Assembly: GCA_964364175.1 (NCBI GenBank) | Contig: CAYILR010000008.1 | Span: 32,001-96,000, forward strand | Reading direction: 5' to 3' | DNA from: an uncultured Bacteriovoracaceae bacterium | GTDB taxonomy: Bacteria > Bdellovibrionota > UBA1018 | Length of the DNA: 64,000 bases | Shown here: positions 27,996-36,381 of the stretch, one piece after another | Numbering within the stretch: the first letter of the stretch is position 1 | How the letters are laid out: every line of letters starts with the position of its first letter | Translations under genes and position numbers: made by a program | Notes under the pieces: model-generated | The model's database searches: none | Seen by the model: the letters and a program-made list of their open reading frames with translations, nothing else | Told to the model about the DNA's origin: nothing

Positions 27996-28550
27996 TTATT
28001 TCTTGTGGGAGGGTTCCATACCGGCTTCTTTGCTGAGGGCCTCGACGATGCCCCTGAGGAGGAAGGGCCGCAAGGCGGGCCACTTCTCGATGCACAGGAG
28101 GGCGTCCGCGGCCTGGGCCTCGACGCTGCCGTGGGTGCCAGGGTCGGCAGCGACGAAGCTCTGCTGTTGGCTCGGGGCGTTGCCGTTTGGTGTGTTGCTG
28201 CTGGTCATGTCGTCCTCTGGGTCGGGGGTTTCGGGCTCGGCTGGTGGTGGCGCGTTCGGGTCGATGATCCCAAGCCGGGTCAGGTTTTGGACGGTGCGGC
28301 TCAGATCGAATCCGGCCGTGACGAAGATGGCTCCGACGCGGTCGGCTTCTCTTTTGCCGATGTCCTGCATCCCATGGGAGGCCATCTCGACGTTGAGGAG
28401 GACGACCTTAGTGCTGGCCGGGAATCTGTCCCTGGAGGACAGGTACTCGTGAACGGCGACGAAGTTGACCCCATATCGGGCCAGCTTCTTCCGCATGACG
28501 TTCCCCCGGTTCCCCGGAGGGCCTCCAAGCCAGACCGCTTCGATGGTCAT
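27996..28550 (-). CDS. hypothetical protein
   Basis: 184-codon ORF with a Pro/acidic linker in the middle. Confidence 0.55.
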   Translation of the reverse strand: MTIEAVWLGGPPGNRGNVMRKKLARYGVNFVAVHEYLSSRDRFPASTKVVLLNVEMASHGMQDIGKREADRVGAIFVTAGFDLSRTVQNLTRLGIIDPNAPPPAEPETPDPEDDMTSSNTPNGNAPSQQQSFVAADPGTHGSVEAQAADALLCIEKWPALRPFLLRGIVEALSKEAGMEPSHKK

Positions 28551-28807
28551 TCTGACCTCTGACGGCGCATGGCTTTCCTGACGATCTTGGCGGTGCTTGG
28601 GGCTACTGTGTCAAGCCAGACCAGGGCGGCCTCAAAGGCCGGTCTGACCCGCTCCATCTCGGCGATAATCGCTTCATCAGCTACAAGCAAAGCGAAGTCC
28701 ATGACGTCACCAGAAGCCCTGGTCTTGTTACTAAGTTCGCGCTTGTGGGCGCGGTGAACGATCCCATTCTCGTAGGAGCCCATCTGTTTGAGGGAACGAC
28801 GTTTCAT
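28547..28807 (-). CDS. hypothetical protein
   Basis: 86-codon ORF with a 4-nt overlap to the next gene. Confidence 0.5.
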   Translation of the reverse strand: MKRRSLKQMGSYENGIVHRAHKRELSNKTRASGDVMDFALLVADEAIIAEMERVRPAFEAALVWLDTVAPSTAKIVRKAMRRQRSE

Positions 28808-28811
28808 TCGT

Positions 28812-29432
28812 TCACCGAGCGGCCCTCTTGTCGAGCTTGGCGAACAAGCAGGTCGGTGCGTGCGGCTTGTTCACGGTCCCACCGCAGCCTTGGGTGCAGG
28901 TCTCGTCGCCTCCGCCGCTGTACTCGTACTCGACGAGAGCCTCGGTCAGCGTCGTGATCTGGGCCGCGATGGCTTCGAGGTCCGAGAGCCAGAGGGTCAT
29001 GACCTCGAAGTCGGTGAGCGGTGCCGCCTTGACCCCCAGGCGGGCCTCCAGGGCGCTCCTGCGGGCCGCCCTGGCCTCGTAGGCGTCATCCTCGGCTCTG
29101 GTGGCGGCTGCCTGCTCCCTGTGCCTCTGGGCGGTCCTGGCTTCGTAGGCGGCCCAGGTCTCGGCGATGAGGGAGAGGGGCACGATATCGGGCTCCCACT
29201 TGGGAAGCTCACCCTTGGGCGTGTACGGCCGCTTCCTGGCGATGGCGATCCCGTGCCGTGGACCAAAACCAAAGTCTTTCACCTTGGCGCCAGGCGTCTT
29301 CAAGGCGAAGTTTCCGCGGCCGGCGTCGACCCAATCACGGGTGTCGAGGACGATCGCCTTGTAGCGGTCCTTCGACGCCGGGCCGCGCTTCACGGCCACG
29401 ACCATCCCAACTTCAAGTTCAGCGCGCTTCAT
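28812..29432 (-). CDS. hypothetical protein
   Basis: 206-codon ORF with a C-terminal Cys cluster, CTQGCGG...APTC. Confidence 0.55.
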   Translation of the reverse strand: MKRAELEVGMVVAVKRGPASKDRYKAIVLDTRDWVDAGRGNFALKTPGAKVKDFGFGPRHGIAIARKRPYTPKGELPKWEPDIVPLSLIAETWAAYEARTAQRHREQAAATRAEDDAYEARAARRSALEARLGVKAAPLTDFEVMTLWLSDLEAIAAQITTLTEALVEYEYSGGGDETCTQGCGGTVNKPHAPTCLFAKLDKRAAR

Positions 29433-29512
29433 CGGAGCTTCCCACCTTTCGCCCGCAGCATGACGGCACAGCCCCGTGTGCTTTCCGGATTTTCTTGCTC
29501 ATGACGCGCCTT

Positions 29513-30019
29513 TCAGTTGGGCAGAGTGGTTTGGGGGAACAGCGGCTCGGCCATCCGGCCGCCGTCGATGGGGTGGGACTTGAACTCGGCCAGCGTCCGG
29601 GTGTTCCTCTCGTCGTGGGAGATCACGGCCGTCCAGACCTCGACGCCACCACCTCGGAACTCCAACCTCACCATCGCAGCCTCACCTTTATCGGCGCGCT
29701 GAGAAGGCCGCACCAGGGAGTCCGAGTCAACCTCCTCTTTGGTGGCGACGGCCGTCCAGATCTCGTTGACGATGGCGATCCCGATCGTGTGGTCGTCGCT
29801 TGCGAGCGCGGACAGCACCTGCATGAGTGCGTCCTTGGCCGTATCCGAAACCATGAACCGGCCCACCGGCAGCAGGCCCACACCTTCCTTGGTGACGACG
29901 AAGGCCACCGGCGCCAGTTCTTGCCCCGCCATCGTGGCCTGGGTGAACACGCTGCGCACGGCATCGAGGATGTACGTGCGGAAAGTTTCCTGATCCATGG
30001 TGCTGGTCACTCCAAACAT
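29513..30019 (-). CDS. hypothetical protein
   Basis: 168-codon ORF directly downstream of the GHKL-like gene. Confidence 0.55.
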   Translation of the reverse strand: MFGVTSTMDQETFRTYILDAVRSVFTQATMAGQELAPVAFVVTKEGVGLLPVGRFMVSDTAKDALMQVLSALASDDHTIGIAIVNEIWTAVATKEEVDSDSLVRPSQRADKGEAAMVRLEFRGGGVEVWTAVISHDERNTRTLAEFKSHPIDGGRMAEPLFPQTTLPN

Positions 30020-30022
30020 GGC

Positions 30023-31342
30023 TCAGTTCCTCATCTGGCTGGTGATGATGCGGGCGTAGAGCTTGCCTTCCGCGCGCTCGTGGCCGACGGTGCCGTCGCC
30101 GCCCTGGGCGTGCGCGACCTCGTGGACGAGGGTGGACAGGTACTCCTCGAAGTCCGAGAGCAGGCGCTTGGCGATCTTGATCTTGCCGCCGACGAGCGTG
30201 CCGTCGAGCGCCGCGTCGCCGAAGTCCACGATGTTGAGCCGGTCCTCGATGGTGCCGTAGCCGAGGTCCTTGGCCGCGCTCTCGACGAGGTCGAGCACGG
30301 TCTTGTAGGTCGCTTGCTCGGCCTCCGTCAGATCGGCCCAGGCGTAGGACTTCTGCGCCGTCTTCTTGTATTCCTCGCGCAACTTGTCGAGGTTCAGGGT
30401 CTCCTCACCCTTGAGGACAGCCATGAGGCCAGACTGCACGACCACACCCTTGAAGCCGTAGTGCTCGGCCTCGCGCGCGCCCGCCATCGACGTCACCGGG
30501 ATCGACTTCTCACCGTGGCGCGCCCGGAACACCTTGCCAACCTTGGCCGTGGTCGCAGCATCGACGTAGCCCTCGCCCATGTTGGTGACGTCGGGGGCGT
30601 TGCTCTGGAGGAGGTCCATGACCTTCTCGATGAACTCGGGCCTGGCTTCGTGGGTCATGGCCTCTTCCCACGCCTTGGCCGCGTTGTAGCGGAGGTCCCA
30701 ACCCGAGATCATACGGCGGTCGCGGTCGGTCTCCACCTGCTTGAAGTTGTAGCCCGCGCTGAGGTCCGGGCTGTTCTGGACGAAGATGCCCTTGACGAAC
30801 ACCCGGCCCTTCATGTGCTCGTCGAGGAGCACCTGGGCGTAGGAGGTCTCCACGACGTTCTTGGGTTTGGCGAGGAACAGGAAGCGGCCCTTCATGAGAT
30901 CCCAGGCTTCCTTCGTGATCCCGCTGACCTCGATCGTGAACGCGCCGCTGTCGTTCTGGCGCTTGTGCGTGTAGATGGTCAGCACCTCGTCGCCGAACAC
31001 CTCCGAGGCTTCGAGCTTGGGTGTCCAGGACTCGTCGCCGTTGATGATTTTCACCTCATGTCCCGCGCGCACCAAGGCCAGCACGCCGAGCTTGAGCCCC
31101 TCGCCGAAGTGGCCGCGGTAGCCACCGGACGACTTCGACGTCGTCCCCATCAGCCACACCCTGGCGTCGAGCTTCACGCCCTGCGAGACCACGCGGAACG
31201 TGTCGATGTGGTGGCTCACCTTCATCTCGGCGCCATCGTCCTGGGCGTCGAGGCCGTTTTGCACCAATTCACGACAACCTTCCCACGCCCCCCAGGTGGA
31301 ACAGTAGTTGGTCGCGATGGTGAGTTGAAACTTCATGGCCAT
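30023..31342 (-). CDS. GHKL-type ATPase-like protein with C-terminal HExxH motif
   Basis: N-box-like ELVQNGLDA, glycine box GGYRGHFGEGLKLG, and C-terminal HEVAHAQGGDGTVGHE. Confidence 0.55.
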   Translation of the reverse strand: MAMKFQLTIATNYCSTWGAWEGCRELVQNGLDAQDDGAEMKVSHHIDTFRVVSQGVKLDARVWLMGTTSKSSGGYRGHFGEGLKLGVLALVRAGHEVKIINGDESWTPKLEASEVFGDEVLTIYTHKRQNDSGAFTIEVSGITKEAWDLMKGRFLFLAKPKNVVETSYAQVLLDEHMKGRVFVKGIFVQNSPDLSAGYNFKQVETDRDRRMISGWDLRYNAAKAWEEAMTHEARPEFIEKVMDLLQSNAPDVTNMGEGYVDAATTAKVGKVFRARHGEKSIPVTSMAGAREAEHYGFKGVVVQSGLMAVLKGEETLNLDKLREEYKKTAQKSYAWADLTEAEQATYKTVLDLVESAAKDLGYGTIEDRLNIVDFGDAALDGTLVGGKIKIAKRLLSDFEEYLSTLVHEVAHAQGGDGTVGHERAEGKLYARIITSQMRN

Positions 31343-31373
31343 GGTCCTATGATGGTGAGAGTGGAGGTGAACA

Positions 31374-31928
31374 GTGGCGATCGGTATCTACGTCATACGC
31401 AACACGTCAAACGGGAAAAGATACATTGGGCAGTCAATAGACATACAACGACGATTTCGCGAACATAAGAGCAAGCTCAAGCTGGGTAAGCACGGAAACA
31501 AGCATCTGCAAGCGGCTTGGAACAAGTACGGAGGAAGTAGTTTTGACTTCTCGATACTTCTTCTTTGCCCAATGTCGTCCTTGGATGAACAAGAAGCTGC
31601 GATTCTGGCCTCATCCAGTCCTGAATACAACAAGTCTTTGGAGTGTCACGCACCAATGCGTGGAAGGAGGCATACAGACGCAACAAGGGCAAAAATGAGC
31701 ATCGCAAAGAAGAAGCCGCGTGGCCCACACAGTGAGGAGCGACGAAAGAGGATCTCCGAAGCCAAGAAGGGAAAGCCAAGGTCAGACGCCGCAAAAAACA
31801 GCACCAGTGAGACGCTGCGAAAAGCATGGAAGAAACGAAAAGCGGAGGGCCTACCGTGGAAGAACAAACGCCGCGTGGACGTCTTTCGTGGGCAGGTTCC
31901 GTTATTTTCACGGCAGACTCCGGTTTGA
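31374..31928 (+). CDS. GIY-YIG homing endonuclease with NUMOD3-like repeats
   Basis: GIYVIRNTSNGKRYIGQS...RFREH...N is a GIY-YIG core, and the Lys/Arg repeats GRRHTDATRAKMS and GPHSEERRKRISEAKKGK follow. The gene is visibly more AT-rich than its flanks and is on the opposite strand to its neighbours. Confidence 0.75.
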   Translation: MAIGIYVIRNTSNGKRYIGQSIDIQRRFREHKSKLKLGKHGNKHLQAAWNKYGGSSFDFSILLLCPMSSLDEQEAAILASSSPEYNKSLECHAPMRGRRHTDATRAKMSIAKKKPRGPHSEERRKRISEAKKGKPRSDAAKNSTSETLRKAWKKRKAEGLPWKNKRRVDVFRGQVPLFSRQTPV

Positions 31929-31936
31929 CAGGTCGG

Positions 31937-32329
31937 TCAGAACGGCAGATCATCGTCGGCCTCGAAGCCCCGATCTTCGACGCTCGCCATCATCGCACGG
32001 TCGCGTTCCTGGTCGAGGAAGTAGTCGGCACGCAAGTCTTCGAGGTCATGTTCGGCCTCGCGGTCGCGCTCCTCACCGGAGCCACCGCAGGCGGAGCAGG
32101 TGGACCCGTCGTACATGCCCTCGCCAGAGCCCGCGCACTTGGAGCAGAGCGGAGCCTCGGCCGCCCACAGGATCTGCACGGAATCTCGGTAGGAATCCGG
32201 GCAATCCGGGTCGCCGTGGTACAGCGGCGCGTTCTCGACTCCGGCGTCGCGCAGCGCCTCCCTGGCCGCCTGGACTTCGTCGTCCGTGTCGGTGAGGTGG
32301 GGTTCGCCGTCGATCAAGATGTAGCTCAC
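31937..32329 (-). CDS. small acidic protein with CxxCxGxG zinc knuckles
   Basis: GTG at 32329 preceded by AGGAAGGAAGG; contains CSKCAGSGEG...CSACGGSGE. Confidence 0.5.
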   Translation of the reverse strand: MSYILIDGEPHLTDTDDEVQAAREALRDAGVENAPLYHGDPDCPDSYRDSVQILWAAEAPLCSKCAGSGEGMYDGSTCSACGGSGEERDREAEHDLEDLRADYFLDQERDRAMMASVEDRGFEADDDLPF

Positions 32330-32352
32330 GGTGCCTTCCTTCCTGTAGCTCG

Positions 32353-32399
32353 ATTGTAGACTTGTGCGTTGAAACGTCAAGCGGCTTTGACAGATCAGG
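32353..32399 (-). promoter_or_regulatory. sigma-70-type promoter with upstream CCTGATCTG element
   Basis: The minus strand reads CCTGATCTGTCAAAGCCGCTTGACGTTTCAACGCACAAGTCTACAAT. Confidence 0.6.
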
Positions 32400-32772
32400 T
32401 GCGAAACTTCCGGCCCGAGATCACGTCCACGACCTCCACATCGCGTCCGAACGCCGCCCCGGCCTCGAAGCGCTCCTCCGCGCTGACCGGGCGGTTCTTT
32501 TGTGCCTTGCGGTAGGCCGCCACGAACTTGGCCGTGTCGCGCTCCCGCGCTGCCTGCGAGGCCGCGAAGTCGAACTTGAAGCCGACGGCCTGGAAGTCGG
32601 CCAAGACGTCATCGAAGGGCACACTGCCGTTCGATCGCCACCGCACGATGTCCTTGGCGTCCACGGTCGCGTTCTCCTCCCAGGTCTTGCGGGCCTTCTC
32701 CTCATCCAGGACCCACTGGACGCGGTCGGTGCCGGGGATTTTGACCATCTTCTCGAAGCCGTGGCGTGACAT
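32395..32772 (-). CDS. hypothetical protein
   Basis: ATG at 32772 (MSRHGFEKMVKIPG). The upstream part of the 261-codon track ORF overlaps another gene and looks non-coding. Confidence 0.5.
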   Translation of the reverse strand: MSRHGFEKMVKIPGTDRVQWVLDEEKARKTWEENATVDAKDIVRWRSNGSVPFDDVLADFQAVGFKFDFAASQAARERDTAKFVAAYRKAQKNRPVSAEERFEAGAAFGRDVEVVDVISGRKFRT

Positions 32773-32816
32773 GGTGAACCTCGGTTGGTTGCAGAGCGGG
32801 TGAGAGCGGAAGCGGT

Positions 32817-33095
32817 CTACTCGGCGTGGTGCCAGCCCTTGAAGTACGAGACCTGGATCTCGGCGTTGGCCGAACCCGGATAGTAGCCGTGGTTGACCTT
32901 GAAGCCCTTGGTCGTGAGGGCAGCTTCGATCTGCTTGCGGCGCTCCGGGGTCTGGCAGCCGATGTAGATCATCGACTTGCGGCCATAGGTCTCGTTGCTG
33001 ATGCCCTTGGCCTTGAGCCCGGCCTTGAGGGCGTCCGCGAACAGGTCCGGGGCGATCTCGGCGAGGGCGGCAAAGAGCTTGGTCTTGCTGAGCAT
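32817..33095 (-). CDS. hypothetical protein
   Basis: ATG at 33095 (MLSKTKLF) preceded by GGAACGGAGGACAGG. Confidence 0.5.
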   Translation of the reverse strand: MLSKTKLFAALAEIAPDLFADALKAGLKAKGISNETYGRKSMIYIGCQTPERRKQIEAALTTKGFKVNHGYYPGSANAEIQVSYFKGWHHAE

Positions 33096-33120
33096 CCTGT
33101 CCTCCGTTCCTGACCTCTCC

Positions 33121-33148
33121 ATTGTAGTCAATACGCCTGTGGCGACAA
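33121..33148 (-). promoter_or_regulatory. sigma-70-type promoter (TTGTCG, 16-nt spacer, TACAAT)
   Basis: The minus strand reads CGCTTGTCGCCACAGGCGTATTGACTACAAT. Confidence 0.5.
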
Positions 33149-33252
33149 GCGAAGTTGACTTGATTCGTGACTTGCATCACCGGATCAGGCTAAATGGCTG
33201 AATCTAGTCATGTAGGCACTGTATGACACTGTGCGTCAATAGGCTCATTATG

Positions 33253-33299
33253 CCTGATCTGCCAACGGCACTTGACGGGTTATTCCACAGGATTAGACT
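33253..33299 (+). promoter_or_regulatory. sigma-70-type promoter with upstream CCTGATCTG element; leaderless start predicted
   Basis: CCTGATCTGCCAACGGCACTTGACGGGTTATTCCACAGGATTAGACT. The -10 ends 6 nt before the ATG at 33306. Confidence 0.6.
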
Positions 33300-33305
33300 G
33301 CTGGA

Positions 33306-33989
33306 ATGAGCAAGCGCACGACCAAGAAGACCAAATCGAAGGCGAAGAAGGCGAACAAGAAGGTTCCTCCTCGGGTGGTGGGCTCTGGTCCGGTGCCTCC
33401 TGCGGTGCTGGCGGCTCGGGCCAAGATCTTGGCCGAGCATGGCGGCGGGGGTACCTGCACTCGCTGCGATGGTGAGGGCTACTTGGAGGACAACGAGTCC
33501 TGGATCATCGCTGAGGGCAAGAAAGGCGTGGGCAAGGTCTGCTTCCGCTGCCGGGGTGACGGCATCGAGCCGGGAGACCGGCTTCCTGATCCACTCCTGG
33601 TGCGCGCCAACGTGATCAAGCGTCTGGCTCCCATCGTCGAGCGTGGTGAGGTGCTGGTCATCGCCAAGCTCGCCCACCAGTTCATGTCCGGGCCGTTCTG
33701 GCCCTGCTTGGAGGACGCCTTCCATCGCGCCCAAGTGGCCGCCAGGGCTCGTCGGCCGGTCAAGCCGGGCTCCACGGCGGTCTCGGCCCCCAAGGCCAGT
33801 CAGGGAGGCGCCCAGCGCGTGAGGGAGGTCTCGGCCTCGGAGCACCTGAGCCGGGGCCTCAACGCCCACTTCGCCGGGGTCTTGGAGAAGCACCACCCCG
33901 ACGCCAGCCCCGAGGAGTTCGCCGAGGCCATGGGCGGACACGCGACCTTCGGTGGCGACGTCGTGTTCTACGAGGACGAGGAATTCTGA
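33306..33989 (+). CDS. Lys-rich protein with CxxCxGxG zinc knuckles
   Basis: 227-codon ORF containing CTRCDGEGY...CFRCRGDGI. Confidence 0.55.
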   Translation: MSKRTTKKTKSKAKKANKKVPPRVVGSGPVPPAVLAARAKILAEHGGGGTCTRCDGEGYLEDNESWIIAEGKKGVGKVCFRCRGDGIEPGDRLPDPLLVRANVIKRLAPIVERGEVLVIAKLAHQFMSGPFWPCLEDAFHRAQVAARARRPVKPGSTAVSAPKASQGGAQRVREVSASEHLSRGLNAHFAGVLEKHHPDASPEEFAEAMGGHATFGGDVVFYEDEEF

Positions 33990-34718
33990 ATGCCGGCAAA
34001 ATATAAGCCAAGGCTTCCGATGGGGACCGTTGTCCTCACAGTCAAACCCATCGAAGATTACGAGCGGCAGGGCTATGGCTGGAGACGCCATCTGACCGAC
34101 GAACAGAAGGCCGCACAGCGATGGGGTGTGGTTGGGCGCATCATAGGCCAGAATGGCTACCACGATGACAGCCACTACATCGTTGCCCACTACGATGACC
34201 AGACCGAGGCTCTATACAAAGTCTCGGATGTGAAGACGACGCATTTGGTCGGAAACGGCCCGCACCAAGCTCTCAGTGATTGGTTGGAGCCAGCAGAAGC
34301 CGAAGGGGTTAAGACCGCTCTTCGAGCACGGGTCTTCACTCAGGCCGAATCTTTCGATGACCTTCTCGTTGCTCTTGAAGATGAGCGACGAAAGACTGTG
34401 GACAGGGAGACAAGAAAGATAATGGAAAAGTGGGGTCCTTACTTCACGGACCGCAAGGCGGCTGTCATAAAGGCAGCGCTCATGACTGCCTTACCGGGGC
34501 CTGATGAAAAGCACGCTTCCAAAGCGGAAGTGGTCCGGCGCTTGGCTGACGTCGGCATGGGAACCAGTATCACACAAGCATTGGCTCTGCTGCCACAGTT
34601 GGTCAGAGTAGGGGAGGTCGGGGCTGTTACCCTCCGAACATACGCCGCGCAATCACGCATTCGGAATTCTACTGGCCGAACGAAGATCACCGCGACAGGC
34701 TGGCGTCGCGTAGAGTAG
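33990..34718 (+). CDS. hypothetical protein
   Basis: 242-codon ORF whose ATG immediately follows the upstream stop. Confidence 0.55.
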   Translation: MPAKYKPRLPMGTVVLTVKPIEDYERQGYGWRRHLTDEQKAAQRWGVVGRIIGQNGYHDDSHYIVAHYDDQTEALYKVSDVKTTHLVGNGPHQALSDWLEPAEAEGVKTALRARVFTQAESFDDLLVALEDERRKTVDRETRKIMEKWGPYFTDRKAAVIKAALMTALPGPDEKHASKAEVVRRLADVGMGTSITQALALLPQLVRVGEVGAVTLRTYAAQSRIRNSTGRTKITATGWRRVE

Positions 34719-34728
34719 TCAATGTGCC

Positions 34729-34756
34729 TTGACAGGCAACAACACATGCGTAGGAT
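34729..34756 (+). promoter_or_regulatory. sigma-70-type promoter (TTGACA, 16-nt spacer, TAGGAT)
   Basis: CTTGACAGGCAACAACACATGCGTAGGAT; the ATG at 34766 is only about 3 nt past the expected transcription start. Confidence 0.55.
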
Positions 34757-34765
34757 CTGTTCACC

Positions 34766-34999
34766 ATGAGGCACCGTCGACCCCCACCTATCGAGACCCG
34801 GCCCGACGGCCGGATCAAGATGCGCAACGAGCATGAGCGCGAGCGCGTCTTGGCCATTGCGACCCAGATCGTGGCGAGCCAGGTGGCGAAGGGCGAGGTC
34901 GATCCCGAGGACGAGGTCACCTTGAAGAAGGCGACCCAAGAGGCCGTGAAGCTCGCCGTCGAGGCATACCGGGCGGCCGAGGAGTTCATCTGTGGCTAA
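34766..34999 (+). CDS. hypothetical protein
   Basis: 77-codon ORF downstream of the promoter. Confidence 0.5.
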   Translation: MRHRRPPPIETRPDGRIKMRNEHERERVLAIATQIVASQVAKGEVDPEDEVTLKKATQEAVKLAVEAYRAAEEFICG

Positions 35000-35033
35000 G
35001 CGCCGACAACCTGAACCCACAACGGAGACGCAA

Positions 35034-35324
35034 ATGCCCTATGTCAAAGCACTGATGCCGTCGACCATCACATTCCAGCAAGCAAAGGAGACTCTCAAAC
35101 AGAGTGGCAGCGTTCATGTCGAAGGATTCGGAACACTGGAAGTTGTCGTATCCCCAGAACGCAAGGCGCGCAACCCTGCCACCGGCGACCCCGTCACTGT
35201 GTTGGCAAGTCGTCGAGTCCGTTTCCTGCCCGACGAGCAACTGGAGAAAGACCTCCGACTCAATCCTCGTCTCGACCGCTGTCGCAGGGCTGATTCGACT
35301 CGCAACCAAAGGTCAACAACGTGA
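35034..35324 (+). CDS. short HU/IHF-like DNA-binding protein
   Basis: GFGTLEVVVSPERKARNPATGDPVTVLASRRVRFLP matches the HU beta-arm. The ATG at 35034 is preceded by ACGGAGA; the ORF is open from 34992. Confidence 0.6.
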   Translation: MPYVKALMPSTITFQQAKETLKQSGSVHVEGFGTLEVVVSPERKARNPATGDPVTVLASRRVRFLPDEQLEKDLRLNPRLDRCRRADSTRNQRSTT

Positions 35325-35536
35325 AGCTTTACGAGTGGACCCTATGGAAGTCCCACTACAGTCACTCGCGGGTCCTGGTCCTGGCGCCAGACGTCAAAAC
35401 CGCGCGCAAGCTCGCGCTCGCCGAGGTCTCTGGCACTGCCTCAGGCTGCGTATCGAGCGAGGACAAGAAGGCCATCCAGGGGAAGCCCGACGTCTACCGC
35501 GCGCCCGTCGCCATCTGTGTCATCGAGGGCGAATGA
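35321..35536 (+). CDS. hypothetical protein
   Basis: The GTG start overlaps the upstream stop as GTGA; 71 codons. Confidence 0.45.
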   Translation: MKLYEWTLWKSHYSHSRVLVLAPDVKTARKLALAEVSGTASGCVSSEDKKAIQGKPDVYRAPVAICVIEGE

Positions 35537-36378
35537 CACTCCACGACGCACCAGAGTTCAACACTCGGGTGGCCAAAGAGGTCATCACGGGGCTGGTGCG
35601 TCGTGGGGGCCAGGTCAACGCCGGGGTTTGCGGCGTCATCACCGACGAGAAGCACGCGGATTTCGGCCGCCTCGTCTACAACGTCTGGTTCTCCGTGAAC
35701 CCGCAGTACTCGGTCTACGACAACCACGCGAACTTCCGAGTCGTCGAATCGAAGGATGGCTTCGTCACCCTCGACGGAACCTTCCGCCTCAAAGGCTCGG
35801 TGAACGGCGACACCCATGTGAACCGGAGCTTCTACCTGCCATCGAACCGGAGCCGCCAAGGGCGCCAAGCCTGGGAAGGCATCGACTCGTTCCTGGCCCT
35901 GTTCCGTCGCATCGGCCAGAACCGGGACAAGAACATCATCACCCAAGACGTCTTGCAACAGACCCTCACCACCTTGTGGTGGGCCACGGACCATGCGATG
36001 AAGAACGTCGCCTGGAGCCCCGGCGACCTTGAGCCTTTGCGCAAGGCATGGGCTGAGGTCGAGGTCCTCTGGACCCCTCCGCATCCCGACGACGAGCCAC
36101 CCATCACCGACGAGGAAACCATGCGACTGTCCATCCGCCCTGCCAAATCCTCCGTCGTCGAGACCGTGAAGACTGAGCACCAGATCATCGTCACCATGAG
36201 CGCCGGGGACATCGACGTCGCGCTCATCGAGTGGGCCAAGAAGAACCTCGGCTTCGCTCCTCCTGAGGGCGCCATCATCCGGGTCGAGCTTCACGAGGAA
36301 GGCTGCGACGATCATGGCACCGAAGGCGAGCCGGCCTACGCCAGGCTGACCACCGAGATGACGACTGTGGTGAAGTGA
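35533..36378 (+). CDS. hypothetical protein
   Basis: The ATG at 35533 (MTLHDAPEFNTRV) overlaps the upstream stop as ATGA. The earlier part of the 424-codon track ORF overlaps three other genes. Confidence 0.55.
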   Translation: MTLHDAPEFNTRVAKEVITGLVRRGGQVNAGVCGVITDEKHADFGRLVYNVWFSVNPQYSVYDNHANFRVVESKDGFVTLDGTFRLKGSVNGDTHVNRSFYLPSNRSRQGRQAWEGIDSFLALFRRIGQNRDKNIITQDVLQQTLTTLWWATDHAMKNVAWSPGDLEPLRKAWAEVEVLWTPPHPDDEPPITDEETMRLSIRPAKSSVVETVKTEHQIIVTMSAGDIDVALIEWAKKNLGFAPPEGAIIRVELHEEGCDDHGTEGEPAYARLTTEMTTVVK

Positions 36379-36381
36379 AAT

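Noticed and set aside
29258-31468. 736-codon plus-strand ORF
   Set aside because: It is antisense to three well-supported minus-strand genes. The translation is Arg/Gly/Leu/His-rich with no motifs, which is the typical shadow ORF of GC-rich DNA.
33204-34190. 328-codon minus-strand ORF
   Set aside because: It is antisense to 33306-33989, which has a matching promoter and coding-like sequence. The translation is Gly/Leu/Arg/His-rich.
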